Shown here piece after piece: positions 28,560-42,410 of a stretch of 64,000 nt of DNA (position 1 is the stretch's first letter; each line of letters begins with the position of its first letter). Made by a program: the position numbers and the translations under genes. Where the stretch lies: the NCBI RefSeq assembly GCF_006345805.1, contig NC_042998.1, positions 126,480,001 through 126,544,000 of the forward strand, in the 5' to 3' direction. Source of the stretch: Octopus sinensis. Its lineage: Eukaryota. Under the pieces are notes generated by a model. It had not been told where the DNA came from. It saw only the letters and a program-made list of their open reading frames with translations, and did no database searches.

Positions 28560-30465
28560 CTCTCTTTTTTTATCATGTCTGTTACAACCTTTCTCTACTA
28601 TAAGAAATAACTGTTATATTTATTATTGTTATGAATATACTTAATATTGTCTCTCTATATTTTTTTTTATTATTAGTCTAGTACAATAACTAATCTTTTT
28701 TCTTATGTAAAAAGAACAAATAGTACACCCTTTAGCAGACAAGCATACAAGTGTTCAATGTTAAGAACTGATGGAACAATTTTGTGATATTTAACCCTAT
28801 AGCATTCAGATTTCTCTGTCAAATGTAATGTTTATTTATCACATTGATCTGAATTAGTCATGCATTATCTCATAGCTTTGAGGCTTAAAAGACGTGAGTG
28901 TTTTTCAGAATAATACTAGACTACTCATGGCCTGTTGGGTCACCAGGAAACTCTGAGTTTCCCAGCAATGGAGTTTTGTTTTGTGGGTTAATTTTTTTCT
29001 TTTCAATGTTATTTCACATGCTTTCAATGAATGTGACATCGAAATCAGGCATTAATGGCTCCTTTCCCCCAAAAGGAAAGATTTGGCTACTATTTCAAGT
29101 ATTTTGGGTCCTTTATCGCAAATAGCTGTTACATGGTAGCAAGGCGTGCTAGAAATAGCAGCCAAATCTTTGGAGGTGAGATACGTTGAATGCACTTGAT
29201 AAAAATCTATGGAAAAACTATTTCACACCAAGGTTATGAACAGGTCTTTTACGAAATATTTACCGTATTTTTAAAATCATTTTCACTTTTAAATATTTTT
29301 TAAATATGCCAGAAAAAAAAAATTGTAATAGTATCCACTTGAAAATAATTTAAAAAGACATTAAAATATTGTCTGTTTAAAGAAAGCTAAAATATAAATA
29401 CTTACTGTACAAACTACTTACATTTTTGAAATCACAATCACTCAAAAATATTTCCAAATGATTGAAATATTAAAATATGTACTTGCATAGCAAGTAACTT
29501 GATCTGAGATTGTGTGTTGAAACAAAACATAAAAACCGTTAGTTTCACTTCAACATTTAAATTTACTTTGTGTCAAGATATTTTTGTCGCTTTGAAACCA
29601 CAACTTGTTCACTGACAAAACTTTGTGCTGTGTTTAACAAAAGAGAAAATGGAAACATTCTTTCTCTTTTGTTTTTTTCCATCACAACATATGAATGAGA
29701 AAGGAAGGGATGAAAGTCGACATTTTTTTCTTAGAGAGTGATAGAGGAGAGAGAGAGAGAGCATGATGACTATGTGTGTGTACAGGTCACAGATAGTGTA
29801 CATATGTTTGTGTTGATTCACATGCCATCACATTCATTATATGTGTGTTGACATCAGGGAAACCATGTTTTTTCATCAAGAAATAACAAGCAAAAATTGC
29901 GTTTAATCATTTTCATTAATAAATAGAGGTCCACATATTACAAAACCTCATACTGCACTGCATAAAGTATGTATGAAAATAAATATGTAAAAAAAATTAA
30001 GATAAAATATACTGTTTCTGAGATATTTTGGGAACAATCAAACATCTGGAGTTTTAGTATTATTAAGATTGTAGGGTAGGTGTGAGAGGCTGGATCTGGC
30101 CAGTTTGAAGATAACAGGTAGAATATTTTGGCTGGGTCTGGCCAGTTTAAATGCTAAAGGGATAAAGACCCTGTATTCCTATTTTACATAATTTACCTCT
30201 GTCAATAATTTTTGCTTAACTATCATTGTCTTTATAGAAACAGTATATAGTGTCATTCCAATTACAAATAGAATGAGTTATAACTTTCTTACTGAATCAG
30301 TCGTTATAGTATCTAAGTCAGAAGATAGTTCATTTAATGCTGATATGTCAATTATTGGGAATTCAACATCAGTTTTAGTTGTATGCTTTTATTTCAAGTT
30401 TACTGCTGCTGCTGCTGTTATTTAAATAATTGAGATACTAGGCTATTTAATTAGACACATTAAAG

Positions 30466-30715
30466 TAGTGGTTCTCAACCTTTTTTTTTTTTTTTTGCCC
30501 TCAGACCCCTTCAGTTCCTATTTTTCTCTACTGAACCCTTATAGATATTCATTGTTTAAAAAGTTCCTAGTTATATTTTTATTATTATGTATTATTAGGA
30601 ATTGTGTAATTTTTTTTCATTTTAATATTTTGTGTATAGTAGAACTAGAAGCAATTTATTGTGCATTAACTTTAACAACAAAATCTTACATAGACCTTCA
30701 TCTGTGACCTGGTTA
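30466..30715 (+). mobile_element. Possible hAT-type MITE remnant
   Basis: Starts (t)agtggttctcaacc, resembling the CAGTGGTTCTCAA termini of hAT/Charlie-type elements. The other terminus is unclear. Confidence 0.35.
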
Positions 30716-31379
30716 CATTAGAGCATATTGTTATCTCCTGTTCTAAATTTCATTTTCTATTGGGCATGTCAATGCAATAAATAATGGTGATATATTGGAG
30801 TAATACAAGGATATTGTGCTCTTTCTCCAGTTTTTGACCAAACTGGAGCACCTGTTGTTCTTACTTCTTGTGGAAGGGACATGTTTCATTGGTCAGAACA
30901 ATTGTTGCCAATACTTGCTGCACAGAAGGCTTGATATGCCATGATTGATGATGTGCAAGCATGTGCTAAGATTTTAGTGTTTTCAGAAATTTATGGTGAT
31001 TAGAGGTGCTTTCACTGTTTGTGAGGCATATTCTCCCACAGTTCATCTCTTTGACAGAGTTGTGATTTTGGATGAAGAAAAGAGAAAGATTTGGCTCCCA
31101 GCATGTGAAATGGCATCAAGTATTCAGAGTTCTTTACTAGTTAGTCAGTGTGGTCAGTAATTTGTCAATATTTGCATTCTATAGTGTTTGTGATAAGAGT
31201 GAATTTCTTGGGAAACTCTGGGCATCAAAATTATCTTTACTTATAGTTGCTTTTAATCTTCTTACAACGAGCATATACTGGGGCCACTGTGTGTGTGTGT
31301 ATGTTCTAGGTTTAAAAGGATGTTCATCTTCAATGTGAAACATATACAGAGGTATTCAAGTTTAATAAAGGTGTGCAAG

Positions 31380-31895
31380 GTTAACAAATACAGTGTTTAC
31401 AGATTCTGGTATTGCTGTTTTGCTGGAAGATGTCTATGCTTATATTTATAGGTAATTTGTCAATGCCCTAATAGGATTTGTGCCAGATGTAACTAAAGTG
31501 GTACATTCCTTAACTGTCATAATGTTTTTAGTTCAACAACAGTTTACCATTTCAGCTTGCTTCTGTGCAATATTATAATCATTTAGAGTTGCTGTTAATA
31601 ATTAAAACACTATTTTCATCGTTGTCATGGTGAATAATGCCAGGCTTATTATGTATTTTCTGGTGATCTGTCTGTACGTTAAAGTTCTATAGTATTTTCA
31701 CATCATCATTTTCTAAAATTGGAGATTCACAAGAGTACAAGAGAGTTCTTGTTTTTTGGAGCAGTTGAAATTTGCTAGCTAGATACATGTAAGGAAACTT
31801 TGCTATGTTATTGTGTCTTCAGTTGTATTTTGTTGGAACTAGGATGGGTGTATTTTCTCAAGAAATAGCAACATTGGAAATATTTGTCATCTATG
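31380..31895 (-). mobile_element. Fossil R4/Dong-like non-LTR retrotransposon, restriction-like endonuclease (RLE) region
   Basis: Minus strand: PILVPTKYN*RHNNIAK (cf. CP.LA..EY..RHD.VA), LENDDVKIL*NFNVQTDHQKIHNKPGII (cf. LEN..VKILWDF.IQTD....N.PDI) and DYNIAQKQAE. Confidence 0.75.
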
Positions 31896-32100
31896 ACAGC
31901 TGTGTCTTTTCACTATGTCTAGTGGTGAGAGCCTAAACACCTCATTCACCCACCTCCTTGATTCATAGAATTTTGGATAAAATACTCTGTGGTATTAGTT
32001 AAATCCCTTTATCTTCTGCAACTAGCTCTCTCCAATCAAAGCTTACTGGCTTGTGTTGTACCTAAATTAGAAACCACCATTATTATTGCTGTTAATATTG

Positions 32101-32325
32101 AAGGGTGGTGGAGTAGCTGAATCATTAAAACATTAAACAAAATAGCTTATGGTATTTGTTTTCTGTCTCCTTATGTTCAGAGTTCAAATCCTGCTGAGAT
32201 CATCTTTGCCTTTCATCCTTTTAGATTTGAAGAAAGTAAAGTACCAGTCAAGTACTAGAGTCAGTGTAATCAACTAACTCCCTCACCCAGAAACATTACT
32301 GGCCTTGTTTCTAAATTTGAAACAT
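32101..32325 (+). mobile_element. SINE family A, diverged copy
   Basis: agagttcaaatcctgctgagatcatctttgcctttcatcctt...aagtaccagtcaagtact. Confidence 0.7.
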
Positions 32326-35300
32326 CAAGGCAATGCATTGGTGAAATTGTTAATGTCTAATGGAATGCCTTCTGCATTCTTGAAAAATTTTTTGTCTGTT
32401 ATTGTATTTTAATGTTTATGTATAAATCTTTACTTTGTTGCAAATTAAATAATCAGTATTACTGCTAATTAAATAATCAGTATTGTTGCCATTAGTATTG
32501 TCATTATAGCTGAAAATAATCTTGTCTCACACTGAGTCATTATGTGATAGTTGTCTTTCCTACTGGCATCTGTTCCACCCACTTTTTATAATTCAGTTTA
32601 GAAAGTTATCGTACCACCCATTCCCTTCTCCCCCACAAACCCCTTGACACCTCATCTTCTCCATAAACCCAGGACCTCATGCTTAATTCAGAAATCATCA
32701 ATAATATATTTAAATTGTCTTGTTACCAAAATTTATCATGAATATTTGCATTTGTTAATCTTTTCTGAAGAATTCAAGCTTGAGTTGTTATTCAAGCATC
32801 TCTTCCCTTCTTATTATGCCATTTACCAATAATCTTTACAGTAATGCCAGCATTGCATCCTGAATGTCTTTGAATTTGGTCCACATATATTCCACATCTA
32901 ATCCAGTTTATTGCTCTATTTCATTGAGATCAATAGTTTCTTCTTTTTCATTTTTCTTCTTTTTCCTTAGTAAGAAATCTTTCAAGTTGTTTTCTAAGTT
33001 GACCTGCCTTGCTATCATGATGTCAAAGATCTAAAGACTCTTGTGATGTTGTTCTGTTATCATTTGGCACATCACTGCTACTCTGTCTACCTTTCCAGGA
33101 TGAATTCAGAGGGAGTGAGAATATGTATATTCAGAGATAGTGGATTTTACATATGCATGCATGTGCACACATGCACGCACGCACGCGTGCGCGCACACAC
33201 ACACACACACACACAATATTAGCATTACTCATTATTTCCAATTTGACTTAGTATTTTTGAATTGACAGCATTGGTTAGTTTACCAAAACAAAATGGTTAA
33301 GAGTATAAAATTTTGTTCCTCATCTCACTGAGATCACCTTACTGGCTTTTACGTTGTCAAAAGAAGTCAATGTTTATTTGAAACATGATTAGATGTAAGA
33401 ATTATTGGAGCATTAAACAAGCTATCTTGTATTTGATTCTAACTTCAGATCTTGTGTAGATCTACTTTGCCTTCATCTTTCTGAGATTAAGTATTATGGT
33501 TGATATAATTGACCATACCCTAGAAGATGGATCTACACTTCAATGAATAGAATGAGTAAAAGAACAAAAGAATATAGTTCAGAGCACATAAATGCACACC
33601 ATTACCATATTGCATATAACATGTGTTTTAACTTATGTCCTAACATGTGACACTATAAGTAACTGTAGAGATCATATTTTTATCTATTGTTGTTGAAATT
33701 TTCTCTTCTAACAATTCTCAAGAACAGTTTCTGAGCATCTTTAGTAATTTTGTATCTTATCAATTCATGTTATTGAAACAAAACTGAATCCATTGTAGTA
33801 ATGTAGAGAACTTATTATCACACCTTTGCTTGTATTACAGATAATACTTAAGCACTTACACCCAGAAACAACATGCAAACATATGAACATGCCAACTCAT
33901 GCATGTTCATATGCAAATACATAGACAATCATGTAATTACCTATCATCATTGTTATCATTTAATGCCTGCCTTCTCTGCTGACATGGCTGGGACTGCATT
34001 TACATATTCAATCATAAACTCACATGCAGTTATATTTGAACACAAAGTACATGTGTGGATACACAGGCATTATTATGCACAAACACATGTAGCACCTGTA
34101 AATGGTTACTCTCTCAGATGCAGATATGTGCATTAATGTGTGTCGAGTTATTTATAGCCTAGTATTGAGCTATTTTATGATTTGTGCCTGCATTGCTCTA
34201 TTTATAGTCTGTGACTGCATCAGATTATTCACAAGCCATTTCTGTTTTGGGCTGTTTAAGAGTCGACATCTATATTAAATTTTACTGGAACTTTAGAGTA
34301 GGTGTTTTTTGGTGAACTGGATATGTGACATAGCTAATATGCTACATTGCTCTGTACTTCAAAATCAAAGGTTACATGTGTATGTATATATATATAAAAT
34401 AATCATATACCAAATGTAAATATCATATTTATGTAACTATTTATTTATCATGAAGTTTATTTTTCCTGTTAAGACTCTCTGCAATTTAAGTAGATTTGTT
34501 TGTCTTTTGGAATATGGTTATACTTACATGATAGTGATGATGATGATGGCTTAGATGGCAGGGCTTGGTCAGGTTTGTTCATTGTTTCTGCCTATTGATT
34601 TTTATTCTAAGTAAAAGAAAGGAAAGAAGGAAGAAATCTAAAGTCAGTGAGTAGAAAAAAGAAAGAAATCAAAGTAGTAAGAAAGATTAGAAAATAAAAA
34701 AAATTATAAATAAATTTTACAGAAATAAAAAGAAAACAAAATTTTCCAAGTCAAACAAACATTTCTGCTCACTGCGGTGCTAAATCAATAGACATTTAAC
34801 CAGGTTTTCTTACTCCTTCAACGCCAGCCGCCTTAGCCTCCAGGATCGATAATATTCTTATGGTTGTCTACAGCTAATATTTTCTTTTTCTACTTTCTCT
34901 GACATAAATATTATTAGTGATAGATCTTTGCCTGTTGCTGTGGTTGTTATCATTGCTGCTGTTTTTTTGTTGTTGTTTTGTGTTAAGTGAATAGCAGAAG
35001 TTTAGAGTCAACTGGTTTGGTTTGATTTTGTGTTGGTTTGCATTTCTCTTTTGTTGCATAAACTTTAAAAACCTGAATACCTTTGAATGGGCAGACATCT
35101 CAAACAAAATCTACTGTATATATGTTTGGTTTTCTTTATTTGAAGCAATGTACATAGCCGTGTGTGTGTGTGTGTGCATGCCAACTCTTACATAGAGGTA
35201 ATTAGACACATTTATGAAGGAAATTGCTGAGAGATGCAGTTATGTATTTATATTTATCATACCCTCTATACTGGAGCAGTTCTGTATGACAGCCTCATCT

Positions 35301-35574
35301 TCTTCACCTTAAAGCAGACAGTTGATGATACTGATTTAACTTCTGTGTATGGATAGGACAAAGTCATGATTATTGACTCCAACCACTCCAGTTACTGTCA
35401 CTTATTGATCTTGTGAGAATGATTGGAAACATAAGTTCAATGACATTTGCAAACAAACATTAAAACATAAAATCAGAGTGGGACACTTACTTAGCTCTTA
35501 ATTCATTTGTTTTGGCTTCGGACAATGTAGTTTTGTTGACAGATTTAGGAGTCAGTAATCTCTCAACCATTTGT

Positions 35575-35795
35575 TTAAAGCATTTAAACCAGTCATATCA
35601 GGTACGAATATTCTACTTGTTTTATCTTTAAACTTGCCAGATCCAGCCTCTCACACCTATCTTACAATGTCTTTCAAAAATGTAATACAATCACATCAAA
35701 AGATCAAAACTACGAGATAATGCATGATTAATTCAAAACAACGTGAATAAATAGGCATTACATTTGACAGAATAGTCTGAAAGCTAATGAGCTAA
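35575..35795 (+). mobile_element. Full-length diverged copy of the TTAA MITE family
   Basis: agcatttaaaccag...ccagatccagcctctcacacct...gagataatgcatgattaattcaaaaca...cattacatttgacaga, homologous to 19148-19329. Confidence 0.72.
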
Positions 35796-36635
35796 TACTC
35801 TCTTCATTTAGTAATCTGTCTAAAATAAAATTAAATGCCCTTTGTATTAATTTTTTTTGAAAATAAAATTAAATGCTATCTATGTTAATAACAACCCTTT
35901 GAGCCATATATCTTTTAAAGGTTTGTATTTTCTCTCTCTTTCAAGTCACTTATAAGTTGTAAGCTTAACAAAATTTGTAACACCCTCTCCCCCTTATTTA
36001 CTGTTGTCTGCTTAAGGACTTGCAAAATGCAGTCATTAAACACAAAATCTAATCTGACCCTCAATTACTTCAACCTTTTTATTGCTCTGTATATTTTTAT
36101 TAGTGTGGGTGCCATGAAAGAAATACCTAGTACAATCTGTAAAGTTGGTATTAAGAAGGGCATCCAGCTGTAGAAACGTTGTTGAAGCAGATACTGAAGA
36201 CTAATGCAACCTTCAGGCTAGTCAGATTCTGTCAAACCCTGTAACCCATGCCTGCATGGAACATGGATGTTAAATGTTGATGATGATGTCTTAGGGACTA
36301 GATCAGCTGTTGAACAAAATAAATGATGATTGAATTAGCGGTGTTGTTATTTTCTTACTTATTTGTTCAATCCTGGAGCAATGGAAAGGCAAAATTCAAT
36401 TTTGGCTTGATTTGAAATTAGTACCCTGAGAAATGGTATTACATATTGTCAAACATTTTGTATCTTCTATTAATAAGGAAGACAGTGATGCTAATTTATA
36501 ATGAGAAAATCAATTTAAACAAGCTTACATCACTGGTACTTTTATCATTCACTAGAGTGGGTGGAGGATGAAAGGCTAAATGACTCTAATGAGATTTGAA
36601 CTCACAACATTGACAGATTATGCTAAACAGTGTAA

Positions 36636-36915
36636 AGGATGAAAGGCAAGGTTGACTTCAGTGGCGTTTGAACTCAGAAATACTGCTAAGCATTTGCCCG
36701 GTGTGCTAATAATTCTGCCAGCTTGCCAACTTGATGATGATGATGATAATTATTATCTTTCTACTTTAGGCTCAAGGGCTGTAATTTGGTAGAGGTGGTG
36801 ATGGTTGGAGTGGGGACTAGTCAAAGCAGTCAACCCTAGTATTTGACTGGTACTTAATTTCATTGATTTTGAAGATATGAAAGATAAAGTGGGCCTTAAC
36901 AGGATTTGAACTTAG
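36636..36915 (-). mobile_element. Two minus-strand SINE family A fragments
   Basis: aaaggatgaaaggcaaggttgac...tttgaactcaga...attctgccagcttgcc is the reverse complement of the family A head and core. Further minus copies lie at ~41633-41830, 44258-44400, 46293-46470 and 63740-63910. Confidence 0.75.
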
Positions 36916-39900
36916 AAAGGTCTACTTTGACTTTTATTCCTCCAGAACCAATAAAATAAAGTACCAGTCAAGTAATAATGATAATGACATTGATGGCAAC
37001 AATCATCACCACTACCATCACATCATAACACCCCTCCTCCCTCTCCCCCTTCCTTGGCGCCGCTGCAGCCACCACCACCACCACCACGACAACGACGACG
37101 ACGAGTCTTTTAAAATGCATTATTTTGAATGAATAATTTGAATACTTCTGAATATGAAAATAGTTTGAAGTCACTTTCTGTTTGGTCCAGTATTAAAATG
37201 GCAAATGATGTCCAGACTGTTTCTTTGACTAATCTATCAGTTTAAAGTCATATTCTGTATTGTGTAGCGACATGTCTATGGTTTCTTTCCATTCATATTC
37301 AAAACTGCATCAGAAAATGAATAACACTATTTCTTTCTCTTGAGAGTCGACATTTAGATGGCTGTTCTATATTTTTTCTTTCACTTACATTAGTATTGGC
37401 ATTGTATGATAATTATTGGCATTCTTATACAGTATTAATAACATTGTTAAAGCATTGTATTGGTGTTCTTGTAATAGTAGTAGTAGTAGTAGTAGTAGTA
37501 TAAGATCATGTTGTATTAGAGAAAGTGACATTGTTGTAGTACTAGTATCAATACTGTTGGAGTAATAGTGATTATGATAGTAGTAGCATAATAGTTACTG
37601 TAGTGGTAATGATAATAGATTTGTTATACTTATCATGATACAGCAGTGGTGATACTAGGTTTGTAGTTGTGGTTGTACTTATACTATTAATATTACATGT
37701 AACCGAGAGTGCAATGGAAATGGTTGATAAAATAAATATTTCAAAATATTTACACCTCTCATTTGCAATTTTGAGTTAGAATTCTACTGACACTGACTTT
37801 GCCAAACTCCCCACCCTGGGGTTCATAAAATAACCTGCATTAATATACTTAGATCTATTGATTTAACTACACCCACTCTCTGTAAATATTGACTTTCTAT
37901 TCTCAGCAAAAGTGATTGATGCTTTTGGTGGTAGAGACCCAATCCCACATGTTTGAGTTGTCACAATATTGACTATGTGGCTGGATACAGGGAGATATTC
38001 AACCATGCCATCTCCTCTGTTGTGTACAGGTCTATAAATGCGTTCTTACAGATAAGAACACATACACATGTACTTAGACATGCACACACACACACTCTCT
38101 CTTTTATGTGTACTCATATGCTCACACACGTGTATGAATGCATTCATGCGCATACATAGATACACACGCACATACACACACACACACGTGTACTTGCACA
38201 CACACACACACATACACACGCACACCATATTTTCATGTCCAATTGGAGTAATTGATGTTTGCCATTAGACTTTAATCCACATGAGATGAAGTTTGACTAG
38301 TATTGGCTTTTATATCAAATGTTATTCCTTTCCTATGTGTCTGTTTTACTGACAGAAAGCAAGTCCAGTGAGTGGTGATTGCAGTGGTGGAGGTGTTCAA
38401 CACTAACAACAACAAGTGTAATTTCTTAGGCTTTGTCAAAGGTTATTTCAATGGATGATTGTAATCAATAGTATTTGTCTTTCTAGCTAGTTAATAAATT
38501 GGTTTAATTGGAATGTAGATGGAAATTCTGATGAAAGTGATACAGAATTGAAACTATCACAGTATAAGCTTCATTCAATTTATCCAGTGTCCCTATATAC
38601 GGCAATGTCTATCATGAAGAAACTCTCAGGAAAGATTATTCCAGTGAAACTGTCTCAAACTAGACGTTTTAAGTTCAGTGGGGTGTTGGAAGAATTATAA
38701 TCCGAAGAAATTAGTGAGGGTTCTACATTGGTAGAAATATAGTTAAAAAAAAAAAGGACTCATTAAATATGATGTATGTCTTCAGGTGAGGTGAGTTTCA
38801 ATGTTTCAGATAAGGCAAAGATGTTTCATCTTGCCTGAAATATTTGACCTCAGGACTTTGAACCTTTCAGGTAAGATGACAATGGACTGAGATACCTGGT
38901 GCCTTGTCATACTCAAGAAGACCTGTACTCTGCAGCAGAAGTGATCCTTCTGGTGATGTAAAGCACTTGTGGTGGCACCATGTAGAAGTGCCTGTGTGGT
39001 GTCACATAAAAGCTCCCAGCACACTCTGTAAAGTGGTTGGTGTTAGGAAGGGCATCCAGTCATAGAAACCATGCCAAATCAGTCTGGAGTCTGGTACAGC
39101 TCCCCAGCTTACCAGCTATGGTTAAACTATCCACCAGAATGGACAATGGATGTTAAATGATGATAATGACAGTTACATGTTAAACAGCGTTTGGTCTCAA
39201 TCATTGATAAATCTGAACAAATACCATTTTGGGAATTACTAAGGAGAGTGGGTCACAGAGAAGAAATTAAAGAATATATTTTGTTCAATTTTCTTGTTTT
39301 GTTTTGTTAAGAAGAGGATGATGAAAGCAGCTGAGTAGTGATTAACAGGGTATATCCTATTACAGGTACAACATTGTGGTGTTGTCAAGGCTTTCAACTC
39401 TCAGTAGCATAGTCCACTTAACTGTAAGTAGATCCCACATGGTAAAGATAACTTGATAAGCATAGCTAGTGTTATGTCTAGCCAGATTTACCTGAGATTC
39501 ACAATACGATAGTGTAGTCATCAGTGGATGTTTCTACTACCCTTTAAGGTCATAGACTCACCCATGAAAATGATGATGTAGGCCATTATTGATTACTTAT
39601 GGCAGAGTTATTCAAATAAAGTTGTATGGTGGATTTCTGCAGAGGTGTCTTTTACAGTACCAACTAATTTATGTCCTTGTATTGAAAAGAATAAGAGAAT
39701 AAAGAAGTGAACTTCCTAGATCTTTTGAAATAGTTGTTTGACAAAGGGAGAATTTAGAAAAGGTTAGTAAGGTTACTAACCTTTGTTGGGTTTTTTAATT
39801 GACATGACATATAAATAGATATTGTGCTGTAGACATGTATAACACATGTCAGCTTTAAAGAACAATATATTGAAGTAAAAAGACCAAAAAATGTTTGGGG

Positions 39901-41030
39901 TTTGTGTGATGCACTTTGAGAATAATTGTATGCTGTTGTGCAGTTGGTGCATGTGTGTGATTAATTATGAGTGTGTTGTATATAAATAAATAATGTGACA
40001 GTTTCCCTTGACCAGTACAAGGCTCTGTATATTTTAAGATGGGATGTTGTGATGTAAAGTCCTTTTTCAAGAGAAAATATTTTAAGCTAAATGGCTTGCA
40101 TTAAAAATTGAACTTGCAGTGTACTTAACAAGTGTGAGTGAGAGAGAGAGAAAACAGAAAGAAAGAAACCTAAGTTCATGCATCTTTTACCTATCCATAG
40201 GCAACTTGAAAGATTTTGTATATATTTTGCTGCAAGTTTTTCTCTTTACATTCTGTATCAGTTTCTTGGTATTTTTATTTTTTATTTTTTGTTTGTTTTA
40301 AAGTACTCTGTCTCCTTTATTTGTAAATCATGTAACTTCTAAAAGACCCAACATTTGCTTGCTATCTCTGATATGAAGAGACAGCAGTTATTGATATATT
40401 CTAGCTAACATTGGCTTTGTAAATATAGTTTGTTTTATATACATACATACACACATACTTTAACTTTGACAACTTGGTGTTGCAGTTGCAATAATAATAA
40501 TAATAATAATGTTATTCAGTTACTGCTGCTACTATTGAGCTCAGAAGTCTCACATGTTGTTCTTCTCTATCATAATTTTGGGAAAAAATCATCCTTATTA
40601 ACCTGAGCTACTTTCAATATTCTGACACCATTACTCACCATTTCAAGTTGAATGACACTTGATCATGCTTTTACATATCACTCAGACTCTTCTAGAATAT
40701 CATCTGTGTGTGTGTGTGTGTGTATTTATATGTATGTCCATGTGTGCTTTGAAAGTATTTAGTGTGTTCATTTATAGGCTTTTGTGTATTGGTTTTATTT
40801 TATTTTTCTAATGAATATTGATTACAAATGTGATGTCATTTTGTTTTTACTCGTGACTGTCAATAGACATAAATATCACTGAATGATTTCGTACATGGAC
40901 TCTCTTCTGCTTGTGTGTCAGTTCCACTTTCACTTGCTTATTCATTTCTGTTCTCTCTCTCTGTGTATGCAGGTTTTGTGTGACTATATGTACATGCATC
41001 CATGTGCGTATGTGTATATGTATAAATGCT

Positions 41031-41032
<2 letters not shown>

Positions 41033-41110
<78 letters not shown>

Positions 41111-41192
41111 CACACACCACACACACACACACACACACACCACACACACAACAACACACACACACACACACACAACACACACACACACACAC
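41033..41192. repeat. (CA)n microsatellite
   Basis: Read directly; it explains the HT/CV pseudo-ORFs. Confidence 0.97.
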
Positions 41193-42344
41193 ATATATAT
41201 GTAAATATGTACATACATGTGTAATTTTAATTTTAGACTCTTGTTTACCCGACACTTCAAAAAGTGTTTATTTCATTTCAACAATGATGATGATGATGAA
41301 CTTTAATCAATGTACATAAATACCTCAGGTTTATGTAGAGTACTATTTTTAAAGTGCATGTATGTACACACATACACATACACTCTTATATGGAATTGTT
41401 TTTCACTAGGTTGTGATATGCTTATATTCCTCTCAGCTGAATGTTTATGGACTATTTGCTACACACGTTTTTAAAAAAAATGGAAAAAAAAACAAAACAA
41501 AACCCTCAAATTTGTTAAAGGGAAAGGGGATAGGATTTTGTGACATTAAAATAATTTTCAGTGGATCTTTATTAATGTACGTTACTATTCAGGAATAACA
41601 TGAAAACTAATAATAATAATAATAATAATAATGGCACAAGGCCAACAGTTTTGAGAGGAGGGGTTAAGTTGATGACATCAACCCAGTACTTGGCTGGTAC
41701 TTTATTTTAGTGACCCTAGGAGGATGATAGGTGAAGTTGACCTTGGGATTTGAACTCAGAATGTAAAAAGCCAGAGGAATAATCACAAAGCATTTCTTCC
41801 AATATTGTAATGATTCTGTTAGCTCACTGCTGTAGTAGTAGTAGTAGTAGTTATTATTACTATGGTTTTATTTCCTGCTAAGGATGACGGGTATGATACA
41901 AAGACAGTCATAAAATGTTGGGGTACATAAAATCAAATGAGTAAAATATAAATAACAAAACAAATACTTCTGACGTCATTTTGTAAACAGACACACAAAG
42001 AAATCGAAGGAGATTTCATATTGCATGTGTTGCTGCAAATGTATCAGAATGCATGTATATGTACATAGTCTTCTGTATGACAGAGGGCACACTTACTCAT
42101 CCTCATGCACACACATTTACTCTCTCTCTACTCTCTCTCTCTCTCTCTGCAGCTATGCATATTCTTATATATACTTTTTTATTTTTACAGATGAGGTCAC
42201 ATACAATGTCTTGTTTCTATCTTTTCTCTTTCAGCACTTTTTTCTTTCTTTCTTTGTGTGTGTGTGTGTCTCTCAAATTGTCTCCTTTCGCCAACACAGG
42301 CTGCCTTGCTCAGCTATTTCTGTCTCCCTCTTTCATTCACCACC

Positions 42345-42410
<66 letters not shown>

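Noticed and set aside
30740-31330. Possible further LINE-derived coding remnant on the minus strand
   Set aside because: The composition is suggestive, but I could not recover diagnostic motifs by eye.
41971-41978. Isolated perfect CRE (TGACGTCA)
   Set aside because: A single 8-mer without supporting motifs is expected by chance in 64 kb.
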